Below are positions 51,721-64,000 of a stretch of DNA of 64,000 nucleotides, piece after piece; position 1 is the stretch's first letter; the number at the start of each line of letters is the position of its first letter. Below the pieces are notes generated by a model that was not told the DNA's origin, did no database searches, and saw only the letters and a list, made by a program, of their open reading frames with translations. The stretch covers positions 73,470,001-73,534,000 of the forward strand of contig NC_043007.1 of the NCBI RefSeq assembly GCF_006345805.1, read 5' to 3'. Position numbers and translations under genes: made by a program. Source of the stretch: Octopus sinensis (lineage: Eukaryota).

Positions 51721-53320
51721 ATATATCAGTGGTGAAGGGTGATTAGGAAACTAGTTTATGCAGTTTACCCCCATCCCCCACTGAGATTGGGGGTGGGGGT
51801 TCTGAGTGTTCTACCTTCTTCGTTTTCCGTGAAAATGTAGTATTATATATGCTTTGAGATATGGGGAGTCTGAAAATGAAAATAGTTTCCCCACCTATGA
51901 TGCACCATTTTGAAGTAGTCAATAAGACATGAGAAATATGCATATAACTTTGGAAATCACTTTCATCCAGCAGGGGCTATTCAACCCTTCGACTTTGAGA
52001 AATAAGTCAAAATTCTATTTAAAGTTTGGAAGAAAATTCAACATTCATGAACTCTTGAAGCTGATTGATAGAGTACCAAATTAAGTGAATGGGTATAACA
52101 ATGTACAACATCTTTCAGAGATGCAGCTTTTCTGTCTATACTGACATTGACTTATCCCCTAAACCTTTCTTGAAGCCTTCCCTTCTCATCAACAAATCAC
52201 AAAACATGTGAAAGTTAAGATTTCATTCGGAGGACCATAGTCTCATCAAACATAACAGCAACAAATGCTGGGGTTTTTTTTTTTTATATCATTGGCTTAA
52301 TTACACCTTCACTTGTAACAGCTATATAATTAATTTTCATTTTGAATATCACTTGAAAGTGATATTCGTTTTCAATATCACTTCAAAGCTGAGAAAATGT
52401 GTTCTTATACTGACTAACAGACAGACATGGGAAATAGAAAATTTGTTCAGAATGGGTCATCTCGTCATTCACTTAGACTATTCATACTTTCAATCAAAAT
52501 AACAATGACATTCCTTGCTGCTCACTTCGGTTTTGATTTTCAGCTCAAGCTTTGGATTCTTTTTTCTGAAAATGATAATACTCTTCTTACCTGTTTCAAA
52601 GTTGGGGAAAGTAGTGAGAAAACTGAACTAATTGATCCTTTTATCGTCCTGGTGGTGATTGAAAGCATGAACAATTCTACCAGGTTATAATCTTTTTAAA
52701 TGGATTGAAGCTTTATGCTAATAGATAATTTAAGTGCTAGTTTACTTTTTTACATAACCTTTCTTAAATAACTTTAAATATTTAAAACATTGGCATGAAT
52801 GAATAGATGAAAACTTTACTCTTTAATCACACACACACACAAGACATGTACAAGCAGACACACATTTCCGGTTTCTTTTTATATGATTCTCGATTTCATT
52901 TTTCCAATTTCCATTGAGTCATAACTACCCAACCTAAATGTTTTGTATTGTCCCCTCTCTGTATGCCATTCATTGACAAATAAAGAAATAAGTTATTGAA
53001 AACTGACAAATGGGGAAGCTGGCTGACCAGCTGAACAAAATGCTGTCTCTGAATGAAAAGGCACAGAGGGACAACTATGGTAACTCACCAACAAAGCAGT
53101 TGTTTTGTCTCATCACTGTCACTTTCTCTAGCTCGCTTTCTTTTCTCTACAACATCACTCTATCTATCTTTGTCCTTGCTGCTAGAATGACACAAACAAA
53201 CTATACAAGGGAAACCTATGATATCTCTCTTTACCTCACATACTTTATGACTTATATTATACATACCAGCCTGTCATGGTTTGGCTGTATACACAGTTAC
53301 AGTAATAAATATTGGCTTAC

Positions 53321-53389
53321 AACTTCGATCACTGTTCTTCTTTCATCTTGCACATCTGCAACATCAACATCCATTACAATTGGTAACTG
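53321..53389 (-). other. Candidate coding exon (QLPIVMDVDVADVQDERRTVIEV)
   Basis: Open frame between tagccagcag acceptors and a gtaagc donor; weak pyrimidine tract; protein not recognised. Confidence 0.25.
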
Positions 53390-54019
53390 CTGGCTACAAC
53401 AATTATTATAATACATGCTGTTACAGATATAAGGGCTCCTGATAAGCCAGCTAAACAAAGTGGGAGAGCTTTGGAGCCCTCTCATTCATTGAGCTAAGAC
53501 TGACATGACAGCTGTTGCTTGAATTGAAGGCAATCTTTAAAATGAGTTTGAGAATTACTATGAGGGTCTCGGATACTTATGCAATGTAAAAAGCTACTTC
53601 AAACCCTACTTTAGTGCCAACCCCAAGCTGAATACATATGAATTTCAGAGAAGCAGCAGAAAAAATAAAGACAGACTTTTGGCGTGAGGGTCTTCAAAGT
53701 ACACCTAACTACTAGATATTATTAAGGAAAGCAAATAGCTCAACACCACAGAATGGAGGGTGCATGTAAAAAACTTACTCTGTAAAGAAAGTTTGTTGAA
53801 GAACTGTTTGAGAGTTCCAAAAGCTTGATTTTGGCATAACTGGCTTATAGGGAAATACTATGTTTAAGATGTTGAGGGCAAAAACCACCAATTTCTGGAT
53901 CAGACCACATAGGAAAGGACATGATCATGTTTATACATTAACTGTGTAAAGACTGCTTTTCAGTAATCTAGTCTCTTGGGTCATTACAAACAATTATCAT
54001 GAGGGAAGATGAACTGCTT

Positions 54020-54400
54020 ACTTGTCTCCGTCATGAGACTGCAGCCATGCTGGGTTACTGCCTTGAAGAATTTTAGTCAAACAATTTGACCCCAGAACTT
54101 AATTTTTTAAGCCTGGTACTCGTTCTATTGGTTTCCTTAGTTGAACCCCTAAGTTATGGGGACATAAATACATCATCACCAGATGTTGAGTGGTGGTGGA
54201 AAGCAAAAACAGATGCAAAGGTACACACGAATATATGGTGGGCTGTTTTTAGTTTTCATCTACCGAATCCACTCACAAGGTTTTGATCAGCCTGAAGCCA
54301 TAGCAGAAGACACTTGCTCAGGGTGCCCGTACAGTGGGACTGAACCCAGAACCATGTGGTTGGGAAGCAAGCTTCTTACCACTCAGCCATACCTGCACCT
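54020..54400 (-). mobile_element. Diverged SINE family A
   Basis: Colinear similarity. Confidence 0.65.
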
Positions 54401-54867
54401 GTTTTCTTTTCAAGTGATCAAAGAACTTAGCATGATACTGAGCAAGTGTAGAGAGAAAAGAGAGAAGGAGAACTGCTCCTTTGAAATCATACTTATTGAA
54501 TTTGATGTTGATGACTTTTTTCGGGTTTGGACAATGCCTGACATTTAAATCTACCAATTTTATTATATTTTCCCTGGACTTAAAATGAGAAATTACTAGT
54601 GAGATTTTGAATGAAGAAGTTTTATCATCAGGCACATTCAGTGAAAAAAGAAACCATTTTTGCCAATCTGATATGTCAGTTTTATTACTTTTTTTTTTTA
54701 AATTTAAAGATATGCTTCATGAATCTCAATGTGTATAGGTGTGACTATGCATATTATGGAAGTATAGGCAATCCTTCTACATAGTAGTTTTTTTCTTACT
54801 CTGTCAAACTGTGTTATTTTGTGGAAGAATTAATGTTAGCTCTTATTCAGTTATATATATATATATA

Positions 54868-55476
54868 TCATCATCATCATCATCATCATCGTTTAACGTC
54901 CGCTTTCCATGCTAGCATGGGTTGGACGGTTCAACTGGGGTCTGGGGAGCCCGAAGGCTGCACCAGTCCAGTCAGATCTGGCAGTGTTTCTGCAGCTGGA
55001 TGCCCTTCCTAACGCCAACCACTCCAAGAGTGTAGTGGGTGATTTTATGTGCCACCGACACAGGTACCAGACGAGGCTGGCGAATGGCCACGCTCGGATA
55101 GTGTTTTTTATGTGCCACCGACACAGGTGCCAGACGAGGCTGGCAGACGGCCACGCTCGGATGGTGTTTTTTTTATGTGCCACCGACACAGGTGCCAGAC
55201 GAGGCTGACGAACGGCCACGATCGGATGGTGTTTGTTACGTGCCCACAGCACAGAGGCCAGTCGATGCGGTACTGGCTACGGCCACGTTCGGATGATTTT
55301 CTTATGTGCCACCGGCACTGGTACCACGAAGATACAAATTCCATTGATGTTCATCTATTTTGATTTGGTTTGATTTTCACTTGCCTCAACAGGTCTTCAC
55401 AAGTGTCACAAGAAGGAAGGTATGCACAGGTGGACTGACTACGTACCAGGTAGGGGCCACGGGTTATGGCCTCACT
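54868..55476 (-). mobile_element. RTE LINE 3' end with three 62-64 bp units
   Basis: Near reverse complement of 2380-3055. Confidence 0.8.
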
Positions 55477-55607
55477 ATATATATATATACATATATATTA
55501 TATTAAATTATATTAAATTAGAGATAAAACCACTATAAATTTGTAAGTTTGGATTTATTCCCTAATATTATTATTATTATATATATATATTATATATATA
55601 TATAAGG

Positions 55608-55683
55608 TTACAGCTGTTTCTGCTATAAGATGTAGAGGACTCGTAGTTGAGTCCACTGCGTCTTATAGCAGAAACACCTGTAA
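55608..55683. repeat. 76-nt hairpin containing two inverted 3' halves of an HHR-like motif
   Basis: 35-bp stem with 2 mismatches and 2 G-U pairs on +; GAAACAGCTGTAA on - and GAAACACCTGTAA on +. Confidence 0.8.
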
Positions 55684-55829
55684 GCTAATCAAGTTCATAA
55701 AATAATCATTAATTCCTTTGTTATCTCTCTTTCTTATTACTGCTCTATATTCAGCCAAAACTTCGTTCTGAAACATACATATAATGAGTTCTATACTGGG
55801 TTATTGGTCTCTTAGCAAAATCTTAGAAC

Positions 55830-55879
<50 letters not shown>

Positions 55880-55882
55880 TAT

Positions 55883-55933
<51 letters not shown>

Positions 55934-56275
55934 TGATAAAACCAAGAGCTAACAATACGCACATATATGGCAAATCTACATAACTGTGCTCTCTGACTTT
56001 GTTTCTTCATAACTTATAGAAAAATCGAGAATTTTTTATGGAATATTCTACAAATACCGTTCAGATGGTGTAGTCAATGACTGTATTAAAATTGAATGTA
56101 AAAAAAAAAGTTAGGAGCTCATACATCCATTCTGATACATATCACGTATATGTCTACAAATTTTCAACTTTCATTTTGTGGATATATACGCGATATGCGA
56201 CAGTATGTATCTGTGCGTGGACACCAATTTTGTTTTCTTCTCTTTTCCATATCAAATTCTGACATAATCGCAATC

Positions 56276-56638
56276 TATCGGGTGGTCCTAAAGTCTTTGC
56301 CACCCTCTACCGAAAAGTAATAAGAACAATAGAAGAACAATATAATAATATCAAACACATGTGCTGGTTTTAGTATGTTCCCTTTCATTGATACTGACGC
56401 TGTCACACATCGAGAAGGGCTGTATGAACACCATCATTTCGATGCACAAAATGATGCGGTGTTATGTCCTGTGTGATATTTTATGAAGCAGTGCTTTGGT
56501 GATTGCTGCAAAGGCTGCTGAAACAGCGTCTTTCAACTGTTATTTATTCTGGTATCGCTCTTGTGAAACTCTCTCCTTGATGATAGAAAATTAAAACAAT
56601 ATTTACAGGTTGCGACGAGGCTTTCGGACCACCCTGTA
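56276..56638. mobile_element. Possible Tc1/mariner-type MITE
   Basis: TATCGGGTGGTCCTAAAGTC versus reverse complement TACAGGGTGGTCCGAAAGCC. Confidence 0.45.
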
Positions 56639-56667
56639 CATTATCTAAAAGATATTTGTAGAATATT

Positions 56668-56872
56668 ACGGAGATGTACTTGCATAGCAAGTGATTTGAT
56701 CTGAGATCGTGTGCTGAAACGAAAACAATTGCAGCGTGGAAGGTGTTTGTAAGCCATTTAAGAAACACACAAAAGCCGTTCGATTCACTTTCAACATTTA
56801 AGTTTAATTTGTCAAAATATTTTCGTCGCTTTAAGACCGCGACCTGTTCACTGACAAAAATCCGTGCTGTTG
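56668..56872 (-). mobile_element. 205-bp HHR-bearing retroposon with 15-bp TSD
   Basis: TATTTGTAGAATATT at 56653-56667 and 56873-56887. Confidence 0.75.
56808..56858 (-). ncRNA. Minimal type I hammerhead variant with G3-C8 core swap
   Basis: UUUGUCA-GUGAACA-G-GUCGC[9]GCGAC-GAA-AAUAUU-U-UGACAAA: 7-bp stem I, 5-bp stem II, palindromic stem III. Confidence 0.7.
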
Positions 56873-58017
56873 TATTTGTAGAATATTTCTTTTAAAAATC
56901 CATTTTTCTGAAAGTTATGAGGAAACAAATTCGATGTGGTGGGGAACACCTATATAGTTATACCTATATATGTGTGTGTGGGGGCGTTCAGGCATGTGTA
57001 TATATGTATATTCTTGCCTCTTCGTACATATGCACTACCAAAGACACACCAGAAGCACGTTGAGAGTTATCTCCCTTTATATAAACACTTCTACTCCCCG
57101 CTTCACTAAATTTTTTAGTAATCTTTATATTAATCTTCTTTATGATACTATCATAAAGCCTATGGATCATACAAAATCTCTCCCTGCATCCAACTAACTA
57201 GATTCTGTTTTTTTTCCCCATAAGCTTATGCAACCATTTTGTTTAATACTTTTTTTTCTCTCTCTTCGAAACTTCTCTTTCATCTCATACTCTCTTCCTT
57301 TCTCTCACCTTGCTATTAATGTTGACACTCAACCGGATAGAAACACTTCTATAATCGTCTTTATTTTTAATCATCTCTATAATTCTACTATCATTTTTTA
57401 AATGTCTTATTAATGTATTATAATATTCTACTAATTTTTCTTCTCTTATAATTTTGATATTATCATATATTGTTTACTACGATTACTTCTGGCTTATCCA
57501 ACTTTATCTCGTCCACAACTTCTCGTTTCCTTTTGGTTTGCACATCGCGCTTCCTTATTTGGTATGCATCATCTGCACTTCAAAGACTGGTTTTCTCCTC
57601 TTAATTAACGGACCGACTTTTTAAACGTATCCACTCCTGTGGCCAAATATTTCTTTCTTCCTACCTTTAAGCTTTTGTTGTCATTCCGCTTTTTCATTTC
57701 TTTTTAAATTTGTTTCTTTTATTTTTCCATCTTTCTTAACTATCTCAACTTTCGTACTGAGTAAATCATGTCCATCAGAACTTGATTTAAAATGAAACAA
57801 ACCTGTAAACTAATCATTAATATATTCATATAGCTAACTCTTCTCTAAGTATGGCTTACTATATATAGTACAGACTTGTTACCAGTTCAAAGATATATTC
57901 GAACCTGTAAGAAAGCCATTCACTGTATTTTGCCGTTGGGAAATTTTCTACAAATACCTTTTAGATATCATAGTCAATGATTATATCGGAATGGGTTCTA
58001 ATATGCCTCAAGCATAA

Positions 58018-58400
58018 GGCTGCAAACTGGCAGAAACGTTAGCACGCCGGGCGAAATGCGTAACCGTATTTCGTCTGCCTTTACGTTCTGAGTTCAAATT
58101 CCGCCTTTCATCCCTGCGGGGGTCGATTAAATAAGTACCAGTTACGCACTGGAGTCGATATAATCGACTCAATCCGTTTGTCTGTCCTTGTTTGTCCTCT
58201 CTGTGTTCAGCCCCTTGTGGGTAGTAAAGAAATAGGTATATCTTCTGTCTTTACGTTCTAAGTTCAAATTCTGCCGAGGTCGACTTTGCTTTTCATCCTT
58301 TCGGGGTTGATAAATTAAGTACCAGTTGCGTATTGCGGTCGATCTAATCGAATCGCCCCCTCCCCCAAAATTTCGAGCCTTGGCTTAGAATAAAAAAGAA
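58018..58400 (+). mobile_element. Young dimeric Nin-domain-like tRNA SINE
   Basis: CpG-rich; two consecutive GAGTTCAAATT..GCC units; GAGGTCGACTTTGC.TTTCATCCTTTCGGGG.TGATAAATTAAGTACCAG core. Confidence 0.8.
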
Positions 58401-59624
58401 TATGCTTCAAGCATTTGAACTAGTAAAAAGTTTGTATCTATACACACATTATTACTTAGCGTTGTCACCCTGTACTATATATAGCACATTACTACGAACA
58501 AGCATAATAATTTCAAATTTAGATACAAGTGCAGCAAATTTAGGAGGTTGGGGATAGTCAATTACAGCAACACACCTGTGCTTAGCTGGTATTTATTTTA
58601 CAGTTCCCAAAAGGATGAAAGGCAAAATTGATCTAGATGGGATCTCAATTCAGATTTAAAAGAACTGGAATAAATAACAAAGTATTTTGCCTGTTACTTT
58701 AACAGTTCTACCACTCCAACGCCCTAAATGGGTGCAAAGCCTGAAGTTTGATTTATCAACCCCTGCCCTTCCAAAAAAGAAAAAAAAAACTTCTGATCTA
58801 GTGCCTGTTTAGGGCGTTGGACTGACTGAATCGTTTTAAAGTGTTGGACAAAATGCCTTGTGATATTTGTTTAGTCTGTCCCTTAAGTGTACCCATAACA
58901 ACTTTGGTCTCAAAATTAATAATATCCTACAAACGCATCAAAACCGAAAACCTCCTCATTCATAACACACCACAAACATGAGTTTAAGAACAATTGCAGA
59001 TGACCAACATGAGATTTAAATTTGACTGTAAAACTGAAAGTTACCAACTTGAAGGCTTTAGCTCTTACTTTGGACAGAGTACAACATTCTCAAATAGGCT
59101 CACCATGTACTTGACCATTACATAACATTACACTACAAAACAAACTTGAATAGAAAATACTAGAGGAAAATACTTAAGTACTTCATAAAATTCCACTTAA
59201 AAATAGAAAATTAATTAAGGAAAACACTCATGTTACAATACATTACCAAAATTAATACACAAATACACACATTAAAAAATGAACATGTGGCTATTAATGG
59301 TTAAAATTTGATTGCAGCAAACAGTTCATGTGACTGCTGAGGCATGAAGCTAATGATCAAAAGACCTTTGGCAGAGAAGTCAAACATAATTCAACCAGCA
59401 TAAAGAAACAACACAGACACCAAATACATTCGTTTCTTGAAAATGAGATTGTGAAGGTGTGGAAATGTTGAAAAAAATAGGAAAAAGATCTAAAATAAAA
59501 AAGACGAAACTTGAACATAGTCGTGTATTTAATGAAGCATGTAGAAAAAAAAGGTGTTCCCTATATATATACAATAAGATAAATATATAAACATTTACAT
59601 ATGTACAAACACACATACACACAC

Positions 59625-59737
<113 letters not shown>

Positions 59738-60126
59738 AAGTCAGTTGATGAGATCCAGAGATGCTCAATATAGCGAACACTTAGTAGCGCTCAAATGATT
59801 GGAACTTACACTCCAAAGTCCTTATCAAGGACTAAGTCTGCAGAGTAAAAAGTGACTATAAGAGGAATCCGGGTGAGCAGATATGGAGATAATGATGCAA
59901 ATAAACAAATAAATAAACCGCTTGCACTTGGTATATAAAATATACATATATACATCCTTCCCCACTCAGATTGCTTAGTACATACTAAGTGGTTTTGGTT
60001 GAATAAAGATGTAAATACATATGCATATTTTATATATCTAACCGAAGCAGTTTATTTATTTACATCATTATCTCTGTATATAGATATATGTATACACACA
60101 TGTATGTATGCTTACATATATGTATG

Positions 60127-60158
<32 letters not shown>

Positions 60159-61104
60159 GACATACATTTATTTAAAACCACCCTGCTAAACTTGTACATG
60201 CAGGAGGGGATGGGGTATGGATCTAGCCCCCTCTCTTTTCTATCTGACATATCAAGCATTACCCCCACCCCCACCCAACTGATTCTCATCTCCTAACACT
60301 TATTACACCCCTACCTATGGTACTACTCAGCTACTGTAATCACCTGAAAGCAGAATGAACACATATTACGTTCCCTCCCTTCCAGCCAACCTCGATCCTT
60401 CCTCCCCTCACCCTCCCTGGAACCACTTCCATTCCTCATTATCATTCTGCCTGCACTATTTCTACCAAGCACTTCCTTACTGTGCCTTCTGCCATTGCTC
60501 TCTTTCCTCTGCTATACTCCAATCTTAACACTTCTCTTGTCAACTATTATTCCCAATGCCCTTTTATGTACTGCTATCATCATGCCCATATGCACCTCTA
60601 TATCTCCCTCTTCACTGCTGTACACCTTGCACATTATTCCCCTACTTTCTCATCTATTCTCCTCCCTCAACCATTCCTGTATCTCACACTTTACCTCTCT
60701 CTATACTAGTATTCCTCTTCAACCATACCTCCATCCTTGTTCATCACTTACTATATTCACCTCTATCCCGTTCTTTAACCCTCTGTCACTCTTCCTGTCA
60801 CATTCTTAAGAAATTATCCACTCTCTCATCTGCTCCCATGACCCTCTATCCATATCCTCTCATATGCTCACCTTCTTGTTGTTTGAGAATTTGCTCTAGC
60901 ACCCAATTACTACCTCCCTTTTATCTTCTTCAGTTATGTATCTCCTCTATAAGGCACCTGCACATCATCTCCTTACTTTCTGATCTGTTCGCAGATATGT
61001 GATACTGCTGCTCTCCATTCCTGTGCCACTGCTTGTTACCTCCTCCTTCCTGGGACACTTCTATTTCTCTCACTTCAACCCCGCCCCATACTGATATTTA
61101 CCTA

Positions 61105-61332
61105 TTTCTTTACTACCCACAAGGGGCTAAACACAGAGGGGACAAACAAGGACAGACAAATGGATTAAGTCGATTATATGGACCCCAGTGCATAACTGGT
61201 ACTTAATTTATCGACCCTGAAAGGATGAAAGGCAAAGTCGACCTCAGCAGAATTTGAGCTCAGAACGTAATGGCAGATGAAATATGGCTACGCATTTCAC
61301 CCAGCGTGCTAACGTTTCTGTCAGCTCACCGC
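61105..61332 (-). mobile_element. Nin-domain-like SINE
   Basis: Reverse complement of 58018-58240. Confidence 0.8.
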
Positions 61333-62593
61333 CTTTACCATCAACTACATCTCCAGTCTTTTTCATTACCCACTACATCCATCTCTATCTGTCACTTTCT
61401 TCCTCCACTCTTATGAAATTACCTACCTCCTTTCCTTCCCTCCTGATCCATTCTATATTCTTCCTTGTATTTGGATTCATGCAACCTGTGAGTATGCTCT
61501 GGTACCCTGTCACCACCATCTTTATCTTGTTTCCATCTACTCTCGCTCATCCTTGCATAAAGCTAGCTAGCCACAGATCACTTCTATAGTAAGCAAAATG
61601 TCTGTGCTTGCCTGTCTATAACACTTCAGCCTTTCTACACCTGGCAGAAAGCCACCTCCCTATTTCTCAAATACACTTCCACTCAGTTGAAGGGATCTTT
61701 TTCCTTTTCCTTTCTTTACTTTGTCTTTCAAATTACATGGTCACCTCACTAATGCTGGTGCTGCTAAAAAAAAAAAACACCCAATACACACTGCAAAGTT
61801 GTTAGTGTTAGGAAAGGCATTCAGCTGTTGAACTCATGCAGCCCTGTGTCTCACAGGATCCAACCAAACTGTCCAATCCATGCCAGCATGGAAAATGAAC
61901 GTTAAATGCTGTAACAAAATGTGACAAGGCTGGCTCTTTGAATTACAGGTACAATGCATTTTTGCCAGCTGAGCGGACTGGAGCAATGTGAAATAAAGTG
62001 CCTTGCTTAAGTGCATAACATACTACCAGGAATTGAACTCACAACCTTATGATTGTGAGCCAACTATCCCTAATCACTAAGCCAAGTGCCTTCATTAACC
62101 CACTGGACAATGACACTGTTATATGTGTTAAATATCTGAGACTACCTTGTATAGTAAGCACTGAGGTTATTAATAAATATTTTATTACCAGCTTACTACA
62201 ATTACTAACCTGTAATTTTTTTGATTTTCATTATTAGTGTGCAAACAGGGACAAAAGCCAATGGCTTTTGCAGACTCTCTGAGAACAGACACTATCATAG
62301 CCAGGCCTGGTCAACTTGAATTACATTGCAGGCCACTTTAATCACAGAAAGTTTTTGAGGACGACTTGTATACTGACAGAATTGAAAGCATTTTACTTTC
62401 TCATGCTATTATTACAATAATGAATGAATGATCATTGATTCAACATGAAATATTATCTTTGCAAAAATAATAATATCTTCCATTATTACCTTTCATCACA
62501 GTCTTTAATTTTTGATGAAATTTTAAAAATGTTTGTTTAAATAAACCCATTCAAGAAAGTATCAAGTGGGCTGCAAGATAAAAGTCTGTGGGC

Positions 62594-62656
62594 TGCATCA
62601 TCATCATCATCATCATCGTTTAACGTCCGCTTTCCATGCTAGCATGGGTTGGACAT
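62594..62656 (-). mobile_element. 63-bp RTE tail insertion with 20-bp TSD
   Basis: CAAGATAAAAGTCTGTGGGC at 62574-62593 and 62657-62676 flanking (CAT)nCGTTTAACGTCCG...GGTTGGAC. Confidence 0.85.
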
Positions 62657-63387
62657 CAAGATAAAAGTCTGTGGGCCTCAGGTTGGCCAGCCCTGACGTA
62701 ACCAATCCAGTGAATCAATCCAAATGTGTATATTACATATCCTCATGATGCACTTACCTCCCCTCTGCATATCATCTTGCCTGGTGACCTCTTATTAAAG
62801 CTCAAACTAAATACTTGGTTTCATTCATGTTGCAACATCATCTCCTTGGAACTTCTTTACTATAGGCATCAGCCAGAGAAGTTTAAGTGGAAGATCAACT
62901 TAATCAGTCTGTATGACAATAATCATAGATATTACTCTTTCTCTCTTCTAATTAAATATCAAGGTATTACAGTATCAACCAGATTATCGGATGTTGTTAT
63001 ACATTGCTGGTCACAATACACTTACTTACATTATTTGAGCGTTCGAATGATACCAGCCCCCTGGCAAGGCAAGCAGGCCAACATTCCCCCAATTGGAAAG
63101 CTAGACCATTGCAGGGCTACTCATTTACAGCTGAGTGGACTGAGCAATGCTCAAGAACACAATGTACAGCTGGTGTAAGAATTGAAATCACAATCTCACA
63201 TTTATGAGTGCAGCACCCCTGACTAGATATAAAAGCAGTTAAATCAGGTAAGAAGAATTATGTCCTGTACAAGCAGAACAAAGTAATTTCTTCAAATACA
63301 CTGACAAAAACAGTGTAAAATTTACATGACTGTAACTGTGAAATAAATATTTTGAGTTCGTAAAAAATATTTAATTATTATAATACT

Positions 63388-63665
63388 AGGCATGGCTGTG
63401 TGGTAAGAAGCTTGCTTCCCAACTTCATGGTTCCAGGTTCAGTTCCATAGTGTGGCACCTTGGGCAAATGTCTTCTACTATAGCTTTGGGCCGACCAGAG
63501 CCTTGTGAGTGGATTTGGTAGATGGAAACTGAAAGATGCCCATTGTATGTATGTATGTATGTATGTATGTATGTATGTATGTATGTATGTATGTATGTAT
63601 GTATGTATGTATGTATGTATGTATGTATGTATGTATGTATGTATGTATGTATGTATGTATGTATG

Positions 63666-63696
<31 letters not shown>

Positions 63697-63925
63697 TTAT
63701 GTGTGTGTGTGCCTTTGTGTCTGCGTTTGTTCCCCAACCATCGCTTGACAACCAATTTTGTTTACCTCCCTTAATTTAGTGGTTTGGCAAAAGAGACTGA
63801 TAGAATAAGTATCAGGCTTACAAAGAATAAATCTTGGGGTTGATTTCTTTGACTAAAAAAAACCTTTAAGGCAGTGCTCCAGCATGGCCACAGTAAAATG
63901 ACTGAAGCAAGTAAAAAATAAAAGA
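63388..63925 (+). mobile_element. SINE family A with expanded (GTAT)n/(CTAT)n core
   Basis: Head and tail homologous to 46311-46730. Confidence 0.8.
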
Positions 63926-64000
63926 ATAATATTAAAGTTTAAGACTATTTCAATATCTTATGATCCTAAAAATAATTTCAGTATTTATCTTTTTCTGTCT

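Noticed and set aside
53010-53411. 133-aa plus-strand ORF
   Set aside because: No recognisable domain, and the composition reflects pyrimidine-rich non-coding DNA
53770-53790. Minus-strand tttctttacag|A|gtaagt (1-nt exon)
   Set aside because: Very likely chance; no supporting context
60280-61600. Long pyrimidine-rich tract with several ORFs
   Set aside because: Probably the antisense of an ancient LINE; no motif could be recovered

Overview
This 64 kb window is AT-rich, microsatellite-dense, non-genic animal DNA. The repeat families look like those I recall from octopus genomes; that is recognition from memory, not a search result. No intact host gene, rRNA, tRNA or CRISPR array is visible, and most listed ORFs are simple-repeat or repeat-antisense artefacts. 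The window is a transposon graveyard: one full-length but disabled mariner (23785-25080), other Tc1/mariner fragments, a Helitron helicase remnant and non-autonomous Helitrons, Gypsy, R4/Dong-like and CRE-like fragments, many 5'-truncated RTE LINE ends with (ATG)n tails, and several tRNA-derived SINE families. The main result of the hunt is a set of unrelated short retroelements that each fold by eye into a type I hammerhead ribozyme (HHR) with a palindromic stem III. They are: (1) a 486-bp tandem unit with two identical HHRs (28728-29538); (2) a 977-bp tandem unit with two HHRs (49071-51000); (3) a 205-bp insertion with a 15-bp target-site duplication (TSD) whose HHR has a compensatory G3-C8 core swap (56668-56872); (4) a TSD-bounded palindromic element with minimal HHRs (30867-32135); and (5) several degenerate relics. 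This fits Penelope-associated or retrozyme-like elements that could release circular RNA monomers. All folds were derived by hand and none were computed or tested. A few isolated splice-site signatures may belong to a large host gene, but this is low confidence.
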